Below are positions 18,082 to 29,300 of a DNA stretch of 59,757 nucleotides, one piece after another. Both the position numbers and the translations under genes were made by a program. Numbering within the stretch: the first letter of the stretch is position 1; each line of letters starts with the position of its first letter. The notes under the pieces were generated by a model. That model was given only the letters and a program-made list of their open reading frames with translations. It ran no database searches and was not told where the DNA came from. Source of the stretch: a virus (taxonomy: Duplodnaviria > Caudoviricetes); the IMG/VR virus record IMGVR_UViG_3300027983_000018, positions 1-59,757 of that record; one strand, written 5' to 3'.

Positions 18082-19368
18082 ATGAAAACAATTTTTGAAT
18101 CTAGAAAAACCGAAATAACATACACTGCTGGACAAACAGAAGCATTAACCAAAATCAGCAATTTTTTAAAAACAGATGATTCATTTTTCTTATTAGCAGG
18201 TTATTCAGGTTGCGGTAAAACGACAATCGCTGAAAACATTGCTAACTTTACAAATGCAAGTATTTTAGCACCAACCAATGCAGCATTAAACCGACTGAGA
18301 GAAAAGATAGATAATGAAAAATTAAGTTACGCTACAATCCATCGTGCATTATATGGAGGGATAGATACATCTAAAGTACAAAGAGGACTTTTACCAAGAA
18401 AAACATACATCATTGATGAAGCATCTATGATTGATGCATTCATCCTGAATGACTTAATCAAGCAAGCAATATTAAAGAGGAACAAATTAATAATTATAGG
18501 TGACAGTTTTCAATTAGAACCTGTTGGAAAAGACCCTTTCCTGTTTAAGTGGAATTTAATAAAGCCCGAAATATTTAAAAAAGAAAACTTTCATGAATTA
18601 AATGAAGTAAAAAGATACGACGGAGATTTACTTACAATTGCTACGAGTTTAAGAACAAATAATAAACCCGAAATAAAACTACCCGCTTCAGGTGATTTAA
18701 CAATCGTTAGTAAGTTTTCTAAACAATTGAGTAAAGACATAAAAGAAAATAGCTCTTATGTTGTAATAACATCAACAAATGCTACTCGCGTAGACTACAA
18801 CAAAAAGATAAGAGAGTATCGATACAAGTTAGATCCAGAAGAACTAAACTACATTCAAAAGAATGAAAAAATAGTTAGTGTTTCAAATTCTGTTTTTTAT
18901 TCAAACGGTGAAATTTTCACAGTAAGTGATCCAAGATTAGAGTATGAGTTTGAAATTACAAAGCTTGACAAAAACGAGGTTGAAAAAAAATACAAGGTTT
19001 TAATTTACGATTATGACAATGGAAAGAAATTGTTTTTTGTGCCTGATTTAATGGAGCCGTCTTTACATGGAGCAGAATTAGTTGAAGCATTTGAAAACAA
19101 CAAGTTTCAATTCCCTTACAAATTAAGAAATCTGTTGTTTGAAAAAACTTTCAAGTTCTTGAAATTCAACAGAGTTTATACAATCTGTACTTACGGATAT
19201 GCAATTTCATGCCACAAAGCTCAAGGTCAAGAATGGAACAACATATACATAGACGCGTCGTGGCTAATGCCTATATGGAATCACGCAAGATGGTTCTACA
19301 CAGCAATTACACGAGCTAAGCTAAAAGTAGAAATTAAAAAAACAGCATATCTTAAAATAATAGAATGA
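18082..19368 (+). CDS. Dda/RecD-like SF1B helicase
   Basis: GYSGCGKTT, APTN, IIDEASM, GDSFQLEPV, HKAQGQEW, YTAITRAK. Confidence 0.92.
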   Translation: MKTIFESRKTEITYTAGQTEALTKISNFLKTDDSFFLLAGYSGCGKTTIAENIANFTNASILAPTNAALNRLREKIDNEKLSYATIHRALYGGIDTSKVQRGLLPRKTYIIDEASMIDAFILNDLIKQAILKRNKLIIIGDSFQLEPVGKDPFLFKWNLIKPEIFKKENFHELNEVKRYDGDLLTIATSLRTNNKPEIKLPASGDLTIVSKFSKQLSKDIKENSSYVVITSTNATRVDYNKKIREYRYKLDPEELNYIQKNEKIVSVSNSVFYSNGEIFTVSDPRLEYEFEITKLDKNEVEKKYKVLIYDYDNGKKLFFVPDLMEPSLHGAELVEAFENNKFQFPYKLRNLLFEKTFKFLKFNRVYTICTYGYAISCHKAQGQEWNNIYIDASWLMPIWNHARWFYTAITRAKLKVEIKKTAYLKIIE

Positions 19369-19402
19369 GAACCTGGACAATACGTAAAATAAAAGAACAA
19401 GT

Positions 19403-19663
19403 ATGAGCTTCTCAATTACAATCAGTGCAGAATCGTTAAGCGTCAATACACCGCACAGTTCAGGAACAATGTCAGTAGAGCTAATAGTATCCAGCGTATC
19501 TGAAGTTTTAGATCAAATAGAAACCAAGGATATGCTAAAAAACCTAGAAGATGATCTAACTACAGATTTTTGTTTAAACAGAGTAACCATTGAAGAATGC
19601 ATTGAACACTTTGGTGTTGCAAAAATGAGAGACGCAGTTATAGAAGCATTAATGTATGAGTAA
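19403..19663 (+). CDS. hypothetical protein
   Basis: Small ORF in a cluster of overlapping small genes. Confidence 0.7.
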   Translation: MSFSITISAESLSVNTPHSSGTMSVELIVSSVSEVLDQIETKDMLKNLEDDLTTDFCLNRVTIEECIEHFGVAKMRDAVIEALMYE

Positions 19664-19925
19664 AGCAAAAAGCATATACCAAAATGCAAGAGAAAAAGGA
19701 ATCCATTTAGAATGCACTTGTGCTCAAATACCTGAATACAAATGGGATGAGCTATATGAAAATGCTACCAGAGCAAACAAAAAAATTGTAAACAAAATTG
19801 TACGTGACGCAGGATGCTGTGACGGATGGTTAACTCACAGAAGAAACCCGTATCAGTATTTTAAAACTAAAACACATTTGATTTTAGTACACTCTGCAAC
19901 AGATTACTTCTTTAAAATAAATTAA
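19656..19925 (+). CDS. hypothetical protein
   Basis: 89-aa ORF overlapping the upstream stop. Confidence 0.7.
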   Translation: MSKAKSIYQNAREKGIHLECTCAQIPEYKWDELYENATRANKKIVNKIVRDAGCCDGWLTHRRNPYQYFKTKTHLILVHSATDYFFKIN

Positions 19926-19926
19926 C

Positions 19927-20070
19927 ATGGCAGGGACAATTAAAATATTCTTTTCAGAAGAAGACTTAGAAGAATTACAAAACGGTGAAACTTTTGAATG
20001 GACATACGCCACAGAAGAAACAAACCAAGAAATAACAGTAATCCTGAAAAAAGGAGATAACCCCGATTAA
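19927..20070 (+). CDS. small acidic hypothetical protein (47 aa)
   Basis: MAGTIKIFFSEEDLEELQNGETFEW...; exactly fills the gap; not in the ORF track. Confidence 0.7.
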   Translation: MAGTIKIFFSEEDLEELQNGETFEWTYATEETNQEITVILKKGDNPD

Positions 20071-20075
20071 GTAAG

Positions 20076-20645
20076 ATGCTAATTACAATACAAAACATTA
20101 CTTGGAACTATTCAGAGTTAAGTCAATATGACGAAGAACATTTAGGTTTATCTTACGTTGGTATTCCTGATAACATGTTAAAAAGATTCATAAAAGAATG
20201 TGCTTGGGATTCTGATTTAAAAGTTCCACCCCATTATTATGAAGAAGATTTAGAAAGCATGACTGGAGGACATGAGTGTTACAATGCAGACACACAAATT
20301 GTCCTGATGAATTGGTTGAATGATAAAAGAAGAAAATACAATTTAGATTACAGAGGTTCTGATCCATATTGGGTATTTCATGACAGCTGTCATTCTAAAT
20401 CAGATGTTTATGGTTATGAAATGAGCCCAGTAAATGCAGATTTAGAACATTGTAGATTGTTTGAAGGAGCAGAAATGGCTAAGCATAACGGAATATATAT
20501 AAAACCTAAAACCGTTATTGAAATAGAAGAAATTTGGGATCACAGATTTGGAAATCAAAGCCAAAAATTCAACGGAAATGAAATGGTTCCTTATATGTCA
20601 GAATTAGGAGCAGAAGAATATGAACGTTTAAGGCAGGTGGACTAA
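20076..20645 (+). CDS. hypothetical protein
   Basis: 189-aa ORF containing HDSCH (HDxxH), a possible metal-binding site. Confidence 0.7.
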   Translation: MLITIQNITWNYSELSQYDEEHLGLSYVGIPDNMLKRFIKECAWDSDLKVPPHYYEEDLESMTGGHECYNADTQIVLMNWLNDKRRKYNLDYRGSDPYWVFHDSCHSKSDVYGYEMSPVNADLEHCRLFEGAEMAKHNGIYIKPKTVIEIEEIWDHRFGNQSQKFNGNEMVPYMSELGAEEYERLRQVD

Positions 20646-20654
20646 TATATAGAA

Positions 20655-20972
20655 ATGGAAAAGAAAGAAACCGAAGAACCCTTAATGTCACTCAGAGGGA
20701 ATGCCACACCACAGGAAGAACTCCTGTGGTTATGGAACGAAAACAAAGAACTAAAAATAGAAATTCAAAATCTAAAAATAGAAATTGGAACGTTAAACTC
20801 AGAGCTAGATGAGTTTAAATATGAAATGAAATCAACTCAGATAGGTGCAATTCTTCTAAAGCATAAAGGACACAAAAAACAAATAGAAAGTCTTAATCTG
20901 AAACTGAAAGAAATAAAAAAGGAAAACTCCACTTTCCTGGAAAAAATAATCAAACTACAAAAACCATGTTAG
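20655..20972 (+). CDS. coiled-coil hypothetical protein
   Basis: Heptad-rich 105-aa ORF. Confidence 0.7.
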   Translation: MEKKETEEPLMSLRGNATPQEELLWLWNENKELKIEIQNLKIEIGTLNSELDEFKYEMKSTQIGAILLKHKGHKKQIESLNLKLKEIKKENSTFLEKIIKLQKPC

Positions 20973-21175
20973 GACAATCACTTGAACAAGACATGCTGAT
21001 AATTAATGAGCTAGAAGCAGAACTGATTAGAGCATTAAGAATAACACAAGAGTACAAAGACAGAGTAGCAAAAGAAATGATTATGTACTCATACCCATCC
21101 TCAAAAATGAAAGAACGAGGAGCACTAAAAAGAATGCCACTCGATTTAAAACAAACACTAAACAAAGTAAAATGA
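20966..21175 (+). CDS. hypothetical protein
   Basis: Overlaps both neighbours. Confidence 0.65.
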   Translation: MLGQSLEQDMLIINELEAELIRALRITQEYKDRVAKEMIMYSYPSSKMKERGALKRMPLDLKQTLNKVK

Positions 21176-21438
21176 AACACAACCTAGACCATAATAAATT
21201 TGTGAACTGGATGATTGAATCAGCAGACGACCTAAAACTATTTGGAGATAAAGTTAGAGATGCACTGCTGGAAAAAGGGGAGTTTACTATCACTACGCAA
21301 CAGTTGCTTGATGAATCGGCATACATTCCATACCACATATTATCTGATGACACGTTAGATGAATATGACCCAGACGACTTTGATAACGAATTTGAGTTGA
21401 TAAATTTACCAATTAAAGATAAAACACATGAAGATTGA
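21172..21438 (+). CDS. hypothetical protein
   Basis: ATGA overlap with the upstream gene; acidic. Confidence 0.7.
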   Translation: MKHNLDHNKFVNWMIESADDLKLFGDKVRDALLEKGEFTITTQQLLDESAYIPYHILSDDTLDEYDPDDFDNEFELINLPIKDKTHED

Positions 21439-21826
21439 AATTATAATAAAAGAAGCACCAATGTTTACTTCATACACCATTGGAGGACAATCATTTGATC
21501 TTAACAAATTAAAAATAGAGAAGGTTATAACTATTGAGGCTTGTCGTGTTGGTAAAACCAGGGTTAATACAACTATTCAGCAAGGTCAGTTCAGAGCTTC
21601 TTTTAATTGGTTAATTCCAGGATTCAGGTTAGATGCAAAAAAAGCAAGGTCTTTTATGGATTATAGTGAAAATTTGGTGTACTACTTTAAAAAGAGCAAG
21701 GTACAAGACTTAGAGTTGTATAAGAACTACATAAAGCTTTTGATGCACACTCTTATTGTTGACCAGAAAAAGTGTTCAGACATGCCCGATTTCACAATAG
21801 AATTAATTCCAACTGCATTCTTATGA
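21428..21826 (+). CDS. hypothetical protein
   Basis: 132-aa ORF in the packed cluster. Confidence 0.7.
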   Translation: MKIEIIIKEAPMFTSYTIGGQSFDLNKLKIEKVITIEACRVGKTRVNTTIQQGQFRASFNWLIPGFRLDAKKARSFMDYSENLVYYFKKSKVQDLELYKNYIKLLMHTLIVDQKKCSDMPDFTIELIPTAFL

Positions 21827-22365
21827 CAATTAAGAAGCACGATATTCTAACTGCATCATATGAAGATAAAATAAAGCTCATCAGAATCAATGTGAAGATG
21901 GTGAGCTTACTTGAAGAGTCAGATTCCTTGTACGCAAAGTATGAGAATAAGACGAGCAAGTATATAAAGTACAAAGTCAAAAAACCGTTCTTGGATTACA
22001 TTAAGTTTGTTGACAAGTTCAATTCAGTTTTTATGAAGCAGATGGGGTTGCATGCGGAAGACAAAACGATAGAGTTGATAAAAATGTTCAATGATGCATC
22101 AAAAAAAATTGATTTACTGAGTGAGGAAAAAACAGAATTAGTTTTGTTTTATTGTAAAGTATCCAGTGTGTATGATGATTTAATCTTAATGTACTACACG
22201 GATTTAACAATGGAGCATTTAAAAGAATTGTCATTAAACGTACTTGAGGCAATAGAAAAACAATTTAAAAACGTATTAACAATTACAGATCCAGAAGGAA
22301 ACGGGGTGTCAGACATCACTAAGTCCTTCAATAGATTAGGAAACAACATCTTATATAAAGTATAA
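21823..22365 (+). CDS. hypothetical protein
   Basis: Start placed at the ATGA overlap (21823); TAATG overlap at the end. Confidence 0.7.
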   Translation: MTIKKHDILTASYEDKIKLIRINVKMVSLLEESDSLYAKYENKTSKYIKYKVKKPFLDYIKFVDKFNSVFMKQMGLHAEDKTIELIKMFNDASKKIDLLSEEKTELVLFYCKVSSVYDDLILMYYTDLTMEHLKELSLNVLEAIEKQFKNVLTITDPEGNGVSDITKSFNRLGNNILYKV

Positions 22366-22745
22366 TGAATAAACAATTAGAACAGGTTAAGGAATTTCAC
22401 CAAAAATTCCAACAAACAATTAGTGAAACACCTACATTGTTGAGTATTGCAGAGAGTAGACTTAGATTCAAGCTAGGTGAAGAAGAAGTGCTCGAGTACA
22501 AAGATGCAGCAGAAGAGGAAGACTTAGTTGAAGTCTTAGATGCCTTGGCAGATCAGTTGTATATCTTGTGCGGAACAATTCTAAAGCATGGTCTTCAAGA
22601 CATGATCATTCCTGCATTTGATTTAGTACACAGTAATAACATGGCTAAGCTTGGTCCGGATGGCAATCCAATCTTCAGGGAAGATGGAAAAATAATAAAG
22701 CCAGAAGGATTTCAGAAAGTCGAATTAAAAACCTTATTTAAATAA
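22365..22745 (+). CDS. MazG-like/PRA-PH all-alpha NTP pyrophosphohydrolase
   Basis: VKEFH, EEEVLEY, EVLDALADQLY, VHSNNMAK, REDGKIIKP (DR2231-like family pattern). Confidence 0.88.
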   Translation: MNKQLEQVKEFHQKFQQTISETPTLLSIAESRLRFKLGEEEVLEYKDAAEEEDLVEVLDALADQLYILCGTILKHGLQDMIIPAFDLVHSNNMAKLGPDGNPIFREDGKIIKPEGFQKVELKTLFK

Positions 22746-22748
22746 TTT

Positions 22749-23285
22749 ATGAACTTAGTTAGAGATTTAAAGCAATACGTTCAAAAAAGTACGTTATTTG
22801 CTTGGCCTTTGTTGAATTTAAAAACAAATATTAGCCCCATTAACACCTATTTTAAAATAGATGGAATTGATTTCAAAAAACCAGTTATCGTTGGACTGTT
22901 TCACCAGAGTGATTCCAACTTTCAATTTGTTAAAAGTGTACTTGTTAATCACAAGTTGTATGATTCAGTAATTGAAGAAGATGGTTATCATTATTTTGTT
23001 TTTGACTTAACTTCTTTCGATGAAGATGTTGAAAAAATAATGACTGGTAACTACTCTAAAATCAATACTTCAGTAAAGATTAAAATTTCCGTAACTTCTT
23101 TTAAGAAAATAGTAAATGTCGGACTCTATCCTGAATTGTTTTATGAAGAATACGCGTTGCAGTTTAACAGTTCAATTTTTAATGGGGACGATAAGTTAGA
23201 ACTTATAGATGCCCCATGTTTAGAAAACGAAACTATTTCTTTAAGAAATGTGACGTGTTTGGAATTAAATGAAAAACACAACTAA
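22749..23285 (+). CDS. conserved crAss-like hypothetical protein
   Basis: KSTLFAWPLL...GNYSKI pattern; last gene of the + strand arm. Confidence 0.7.
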   Translation: MNLVRDLKQYVQKSTLFAWPLLNLKTNISPINTYFKIDGIDFKKPVIVGLFHQSDSNFQFVKSVLVNHKLYDSVIEEDGYHYFVFDLTSFDEDVEKIMTGNYSKINTSVKIKISVTSFKKIVNVGLYPELFYEEYALQFNSSIFNGDDKLELIDAPCLENETISLRNVTCLELNEKHN

Positions 23286-23288
23286 CTT

Positions 23289-23327
23289 AAAAGGGGACTT
23301 AGCATATTGCTAGGTCCCCTTACTTTT
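23289..23327. terminator. bidirectional terminator between convergent genome arms
   Basis: AAGGGGACTTAGCA-tat-TGCTAGGTCCCCTT 14-bp stem flanked by A and T tracts, lying between convergent stops. Confidence 0.85.
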
Positions 23328-26300
23328 TTATTGTCTTTTCTTGTTGCTGATTCTGTTTTCTAATCCAAAAACGGGATCCATAAAACTACCGTCTAGTCCA
23401 AACTGAGCTTTCATGATTATGTTCCATGCTTTATTTGAACCTTCATTTTGAAAGCTCCAAGGTCCAGAGTCTTGTTTGTAAAAACTATCAGGGTTCTTGT
23501 CGTCTAGTAAATACATCCCTGCTTGAATGTATTCCATAACTGCAGGTTTACTTGACTGAAGAACACCTTTACCAATCAACATGTTATACGTTGAATTGAG
23601 TAAAGGAACTTTCCCTTCAGTAGTGTAAGGAGCAAATGTTTCCATTTCATTAGCTACCATCTCACCTAAATCTAAAAACGAAACTTTTAAAAAGTTTTCT
23701 AAATCAAAACTTCTACCCCCAGTAGAGGTTCTTGTAGGATCTATTTCTAAATCAACAGCTTCAAAAAACGAAGGTGCTTTTAAAGCGTTTGTGCTGTAAC
23801 GAAGCATATTGTAGATACCGTCTCTGTCTTTATCAAAATTGAAATAAGCATCTTCATCTTCATCATCCCCATCAACATTAGCGTAAATTTTCATAGAGCC
23901 AATTATAGCAGTGTGAATTTTATTAATTAAAAACAAAGCTACCACTTGCAAAGCTCCAAGATAATTCCTTGGTGAAACGTACTGACCTCTGGTTCTTATA
24001 AGTTGAAGAATTGTTTCAATTGACCCCATATACGTACCAATCTCATACCTTCCAGTAATAGGATTTACCCGAGGAGTTATTCTCAATCCTCCTTTTGTGG
24101 TAACAGTTCCTATTTTTATTTTATCCGTAAGCATGTTTGGAAAAAACTTAATTAAGAACATGGTGAATCTTGCTATAGTTGACCTGTAAAATTCAGGCAA
24201 ATGTAAATCATTAGATGCACCAATTGTTTTTAACAGAGTATCTTGATGGATTGCCATTAGTTTTTTTATTCCTTTACCCAATGAAGCAACTCCGTCAATG
24301 TACTTGATCTGATAATCTTCAGGTACTCCTTTTACAGTTTCTAAAGAACCTTTGTCATTAAGTGTTACTGCATCATAAAGAGGAATTAATTTTCCGTTTA
24401 CGCTTATTTTATTTTTATGCAAAATAGCTAAGAACTGATGAACAGATGCGGAGTTACCAAAAAACTTTCTGTCAACAAAACCTATGTGTGAAATGCTTGC
24501 ATCTTGAATTATACTTCGAGACCCAGCTAAGCGATCATTTTTTATACGATCAGGTATTGCGTCCATTACATCTGACAACTGTAAAAGAGCTGGAAGAGCT
24601 GCCCTTGAGTAAGATTTAGCCACGATCATTGCCATCAGTCTTGCAGAAAGAACTCTGGTTTTAAGCAAGTCGGTTCTACTAAATAGCTTTTTGTCAAAAG
24701 CTTTTAAATAAATCATCATCTTTGCACCATTGTAATTAGTCAAAGATTTCTTTATGTTAAAGATGAATGAACGAGTTGCCATTATTCCCTGATTGGTGGA
24801 AATAATCCTTAAAGCACCTGTAACGTATTTTTTATCAAAGTACTTGTTTTCATAGCTTATTTGCTCACCGCTAATGTGTTTGTCCATTAACCCCCTAATA
24901 AATTTAAGTCGCTTAGATAAGTCAGGAGTAACATTTTTTTGAAATATGTTTAAGTCTTTCATCTTATCGCGAAAATCTTTAATTTTCGGATCAGTACTTA
25001 ATGAAGAAATTGTTTCTGTTAACAGCTGAGAGAATGGATTTACCTCACGAGCTCTAATAAACTCTTCTTTTGAATAGTTCCAATCTGCAAGTAAGGATAA
25101 AATATTTGTACCTGTTTCACTTATGTCTAAATGATGTAGTCCGTGAATAGGTCGAGTAACTCTTTCAGATATAGAAGAACTTACTATTGATTTATTTTCG
25201 GCATACAATCCTTCTTCCAGGTTATCTATTTCGTCAAACCCAAATCCAAAGGCTCTAGTAATTTTACTAACTCTTCTTTTAAGAACAGCTTTTGGACCTC
25301 CTTTATAAAGACGACTTACTCCACCCATACGTTCTTTAGGGTAGGTAAGATAAGATCTCTGGGAGATATCTAATTTATCTTGCTCAGATAAATAAATGTT
25401 TTTCAAGTAATCTAAAGCACGAAACGCTGCGGGGTCGTTTTCCAACAACTCCATGAAACTTTTATCAATGTAGGTTGCATCACCTCCATTTTGTTCTTCC
25501 GTTTTTGGAAGCCATCTTCCTTTATTGTCCTTGTTTGCTAATGCATTAATTGTTGCTTCATCTTTAGAATTAAAAGAAATGTCATCTCTTAAAACTTCTT
25601 TGTTTATCATGCTGTCAATCGCTTTCTTTTCTTGGTAAGACATGTTAGGAACACGAGGTCGCTTGCTTTTATCCTCAACGAACCCCTTGCTAAAAAAAGT
25701 AATTGGTGTTGAATGAGCTATGTAAGAATTAGTTTCAGTAGGTCCACTAAACTTCCATGCAGAAGACGCACTGTAAACATCAATTACTCTTTTGTTTCCA
25801 GAAGCACTTCTGCTTATTTCTGATTTTTCAAAATGATTAAGTCCAAACCATTCTTGAAATTCAACACTCTCTCCTTTAAGTTTTTCAACTAATGTTTTAT
25901 TTTTAAGAATGCTTTTTAAGAAAGACTCACTTAAATAATGAATCTCAACCGTGTCTTTGTACTTATTTAAGTCAGATTCTTTTAAATTTTTAAGCAAAAT
26001 TTCCATAGCCGCAGGACTCTTAGAAAGAATGTCTAAAAATGTTTGTTTGTAAATAGGAGTAAATGAGGTAAAAGAATTGTTTTGAAGCTGACTGTTAATT
26101 AACTTAATCTTATTTAAATCCTCTGATGCTTTTAAATAAGCGTTTAATCCAGAAATAATTCCTAATCTTAAAAGAGCAAGTTTATCTTTATCATCTTTAC
26201 TTAATCTTCTGATTGATTCCTCGTTTTCTAAGTTAATTAACTTTTTGTTATCTTCTTCAGTAAGTCCTGTAGAACCAATGCTTTTTTCTTTTGACTTGTA

Positions 26301-29300
26301 AATTTCAATATCTTTGTTTTTAATTTCTTCTTGTAATTCTTTAGACATCATTGTTCCATCATACATTCCGTCAGAATTTCTTGTTGGAGACAAGTTTGCA
26401 GAAAGGTATTCGTATCCTTCTTTAAGAGAAATTAAATTTTCTGCTTCTAATTTTTCAATGTTTTTTTCAAGTAAATTAGATAACAACAAATCTCGTTCGT
26501 CAGTTAACTTTTTTCTGTCTTCGTAATAAGAAGGATCTACTTGAATTTTTGTATTTCTTTCAATCCATTTATCAACAGCCATAAGGTATTCTTCAGAATC
26601 AGTGCTTTCAAATTGTTCAGAAAGAACAGTCATGTACTCGGTAAGAGCAAGTTCAAATTTATTAGGAATGTACTCGTAAGTATGCTTATTTAAATTTAAT
26701 TCTTTTTGTTTAATTAAAAGAAGAGCAATCTCTTTATCTTCTCCCGTTTTTTCTACTCCATTTTTATCATAAATGTTGCTGAGCTGACTGTATTCATAAA
26801 ACAATCGATTCATCTCTTCAGCATCGGTGAAATCAGTAGGATCTTCGTTAAATGAATTTTGGTAAAGATTTATTTCCTCAAAAATAGAAGTAACTTTTCT
26901 TTTTGCACTACGACCAACATCAGTCAATTTATTGTTTTCATAAAACAAATCATCAGCTTCGTAATACGAGTCAATGTTGTCTCGATTCATGTACTTTGCT
27001 TCAAACAAATATTTAGCCGCAATAGCATCTTCTAAAATTACTTGTTTCGGTTCAGTTTTATCAGCAGCAAAAGCTTTAGCTGCTATACTTATTGAATTGT
27101 CCAGTTCTTTTAATTTAAACCTAAAGCCTTTAAAGTTACTTTTGAAAACACGTTCCTCCCTAGCAACAACAACGTCCGGAGTAAAAACAACAGGTTTATT
27201 TTTATCAGTATTTTTTTCATTAGGTTTTTCAACTTCTCCAAAAGTATCAATGCTAGCTATTGACCTACCAAATGCTTCTTCACCAAAAATTCGACTGTCT
27301 TTTGTTCCTTTTAAGATTGATTGCAAACCATGCATCATTTCATTAGTCATTTTGTTTTGAGAAGCTCCTATAGTAGAAAAAGCTTTCTTTAAAAAAGAAT
27401 CAAACCCACTTATAACTAAATCTTGATTTTTAATCGCTGTACTAAAGTAAGACATAAAACTTTTTGAATCTGATAAAACATTTGCTGCAATAAGTCTAAC
27501 TTGTTCTTTAGTTATCTTCCTGCCGCTGTTCATTAGTAATTCTAGTTCACGAAACCTCTTTAAATCTTCTGGGTTTTTTTTAATTGTTTCAATGTTTAGC
27601 TTTAAGAAAGCGTTGTATTCATTTTCTTCGGACAAAGAAAATCCATAATGATCCATGTAAAGATTGTCATACTCTTGAAACAAACCCTTGTCATAGAGAG
27701 TCTGTAATTCTTTTCTTGTCTCAGTCTCGATTGGTTCATTTAATTCAATTATGTGATCATAAAGACTTTCAAAAACTAGATCTCCAACTTGATTGTTCAA
27801 GACAGTATTTAAATCAGTTAATTTTTTATTAGTTTTATCAAATGCCTCCTTTAATAAACCTCCGTTGTTATTTGTAAAATAATCGGCTAACTTAACATTA
27901 AAAAAAGCAACATAGTTTTTAACGTAAACATGAATCGAATAAAACTTTTCTATTTTTTCTGAATCGTTGTTAAAGTCATCAGTAGACATTTTAGCAAGAG
28001 TCGAAGAGAAATGATCAGCAAGTGCATCTGCTTGACCCATTATTTTTGCAAAAGTTCTCAACTTACGATCAAATAAATCTAAACTGTTGTCTGCATCTTT
28101 AATTGCTTCAGGTGAAGAATTAACAACCTTGGTGTTAAAACGATCACTTTCTAAATTACTAACGGTAGAATTAGTTGCGTTTTGAGAAATCAGGGCTAAA
28201 TCTTTTTTCATTTTTTGCAAAATAGAATCGTTAAAGTCAGTAGACAATTCTTCTTTAAGTGAAGAAAGAGAACTGTTCTCTTTAGTTAACTCTCCTAGCA
28301 TTTTTGTAACAACATCGTAAAACTCATTTACAATTGCTTGAGTTTTGTCAGAAGATATTTTTTTTAATTCAGCAACCTGAGCGTCATACATTAAAGCAAA
28401 CATTTCTACATCTTCTCCTTTAAGGAAATCAACATTCAAATTAAAAGCATCCCCCTCGTTTATCATAGAAAGAAGTTCTTCTAAAGTAGTAGCTGAACTT
28501 AAATTAGAAATGTTTATTTTTTTACCTAAGACTTTTCTCAAAAATTGCTTTATTTGAAAAAACAATTCTTTAAAAAAGCCAGGCTTAGAATCTAAGTTAT
28601 TTTTAAAAGCTTCAGTTAATGCGTGAACAATTGCTTCTTCCTTAAAGTTAGAACCATTCAAGTTGTATTCAGCATAACCTTCTTTTAAAGAATCAATAAT
28701 CGTTCTTCCTTCTGGAGTCAAAGAAAGGTTTTCGTAAAGTTTATCAAATAGCTCAGGATTATCTGAACTCATTGATTTAATTATAGCGTGAGCAAATTCA
28801 TGAAAAACCGTGTCTTTATTTAAACCATCTTGAATCAAATAAACTTTCCCTTCTTTAAACATACCAGCAACTAATCCTCTGCCAGGAAATTGAGTTTCAA
28901 ACTCGCTCCTACTCATAAGTTCATAAGGAACTTTAAGTTGCTTGGACAGCTTAATTACTGCTTCAATTGCAATTATTTTGTTGTTGTTCTCTACGATTTC
29001 ATTAACACTTCCTACTAATTCAAGCGCAGTAGAGTTTTCAGAATTGTATGCAGAATCAGCAGCATCATTATCAAAAAACGGATTCTGTTGACTAAGGTCG
29101 TTTTCAAAGGATTCAGTTTCTAATAATAAAACTTTCTCTAATACAAGCTCAGGACTTCTAATTACTTTTTCATACTCTAAGTAATCACGCAATGCTTCAG
29201 TTTCACCTACAACTTTAATTACCTGATTGTATTTTTCTAACTCTTCTTCGTTAAAATCCAAAGCGTTGTTGTCTAAAAAGATACTTAATGTTTCATCTGA

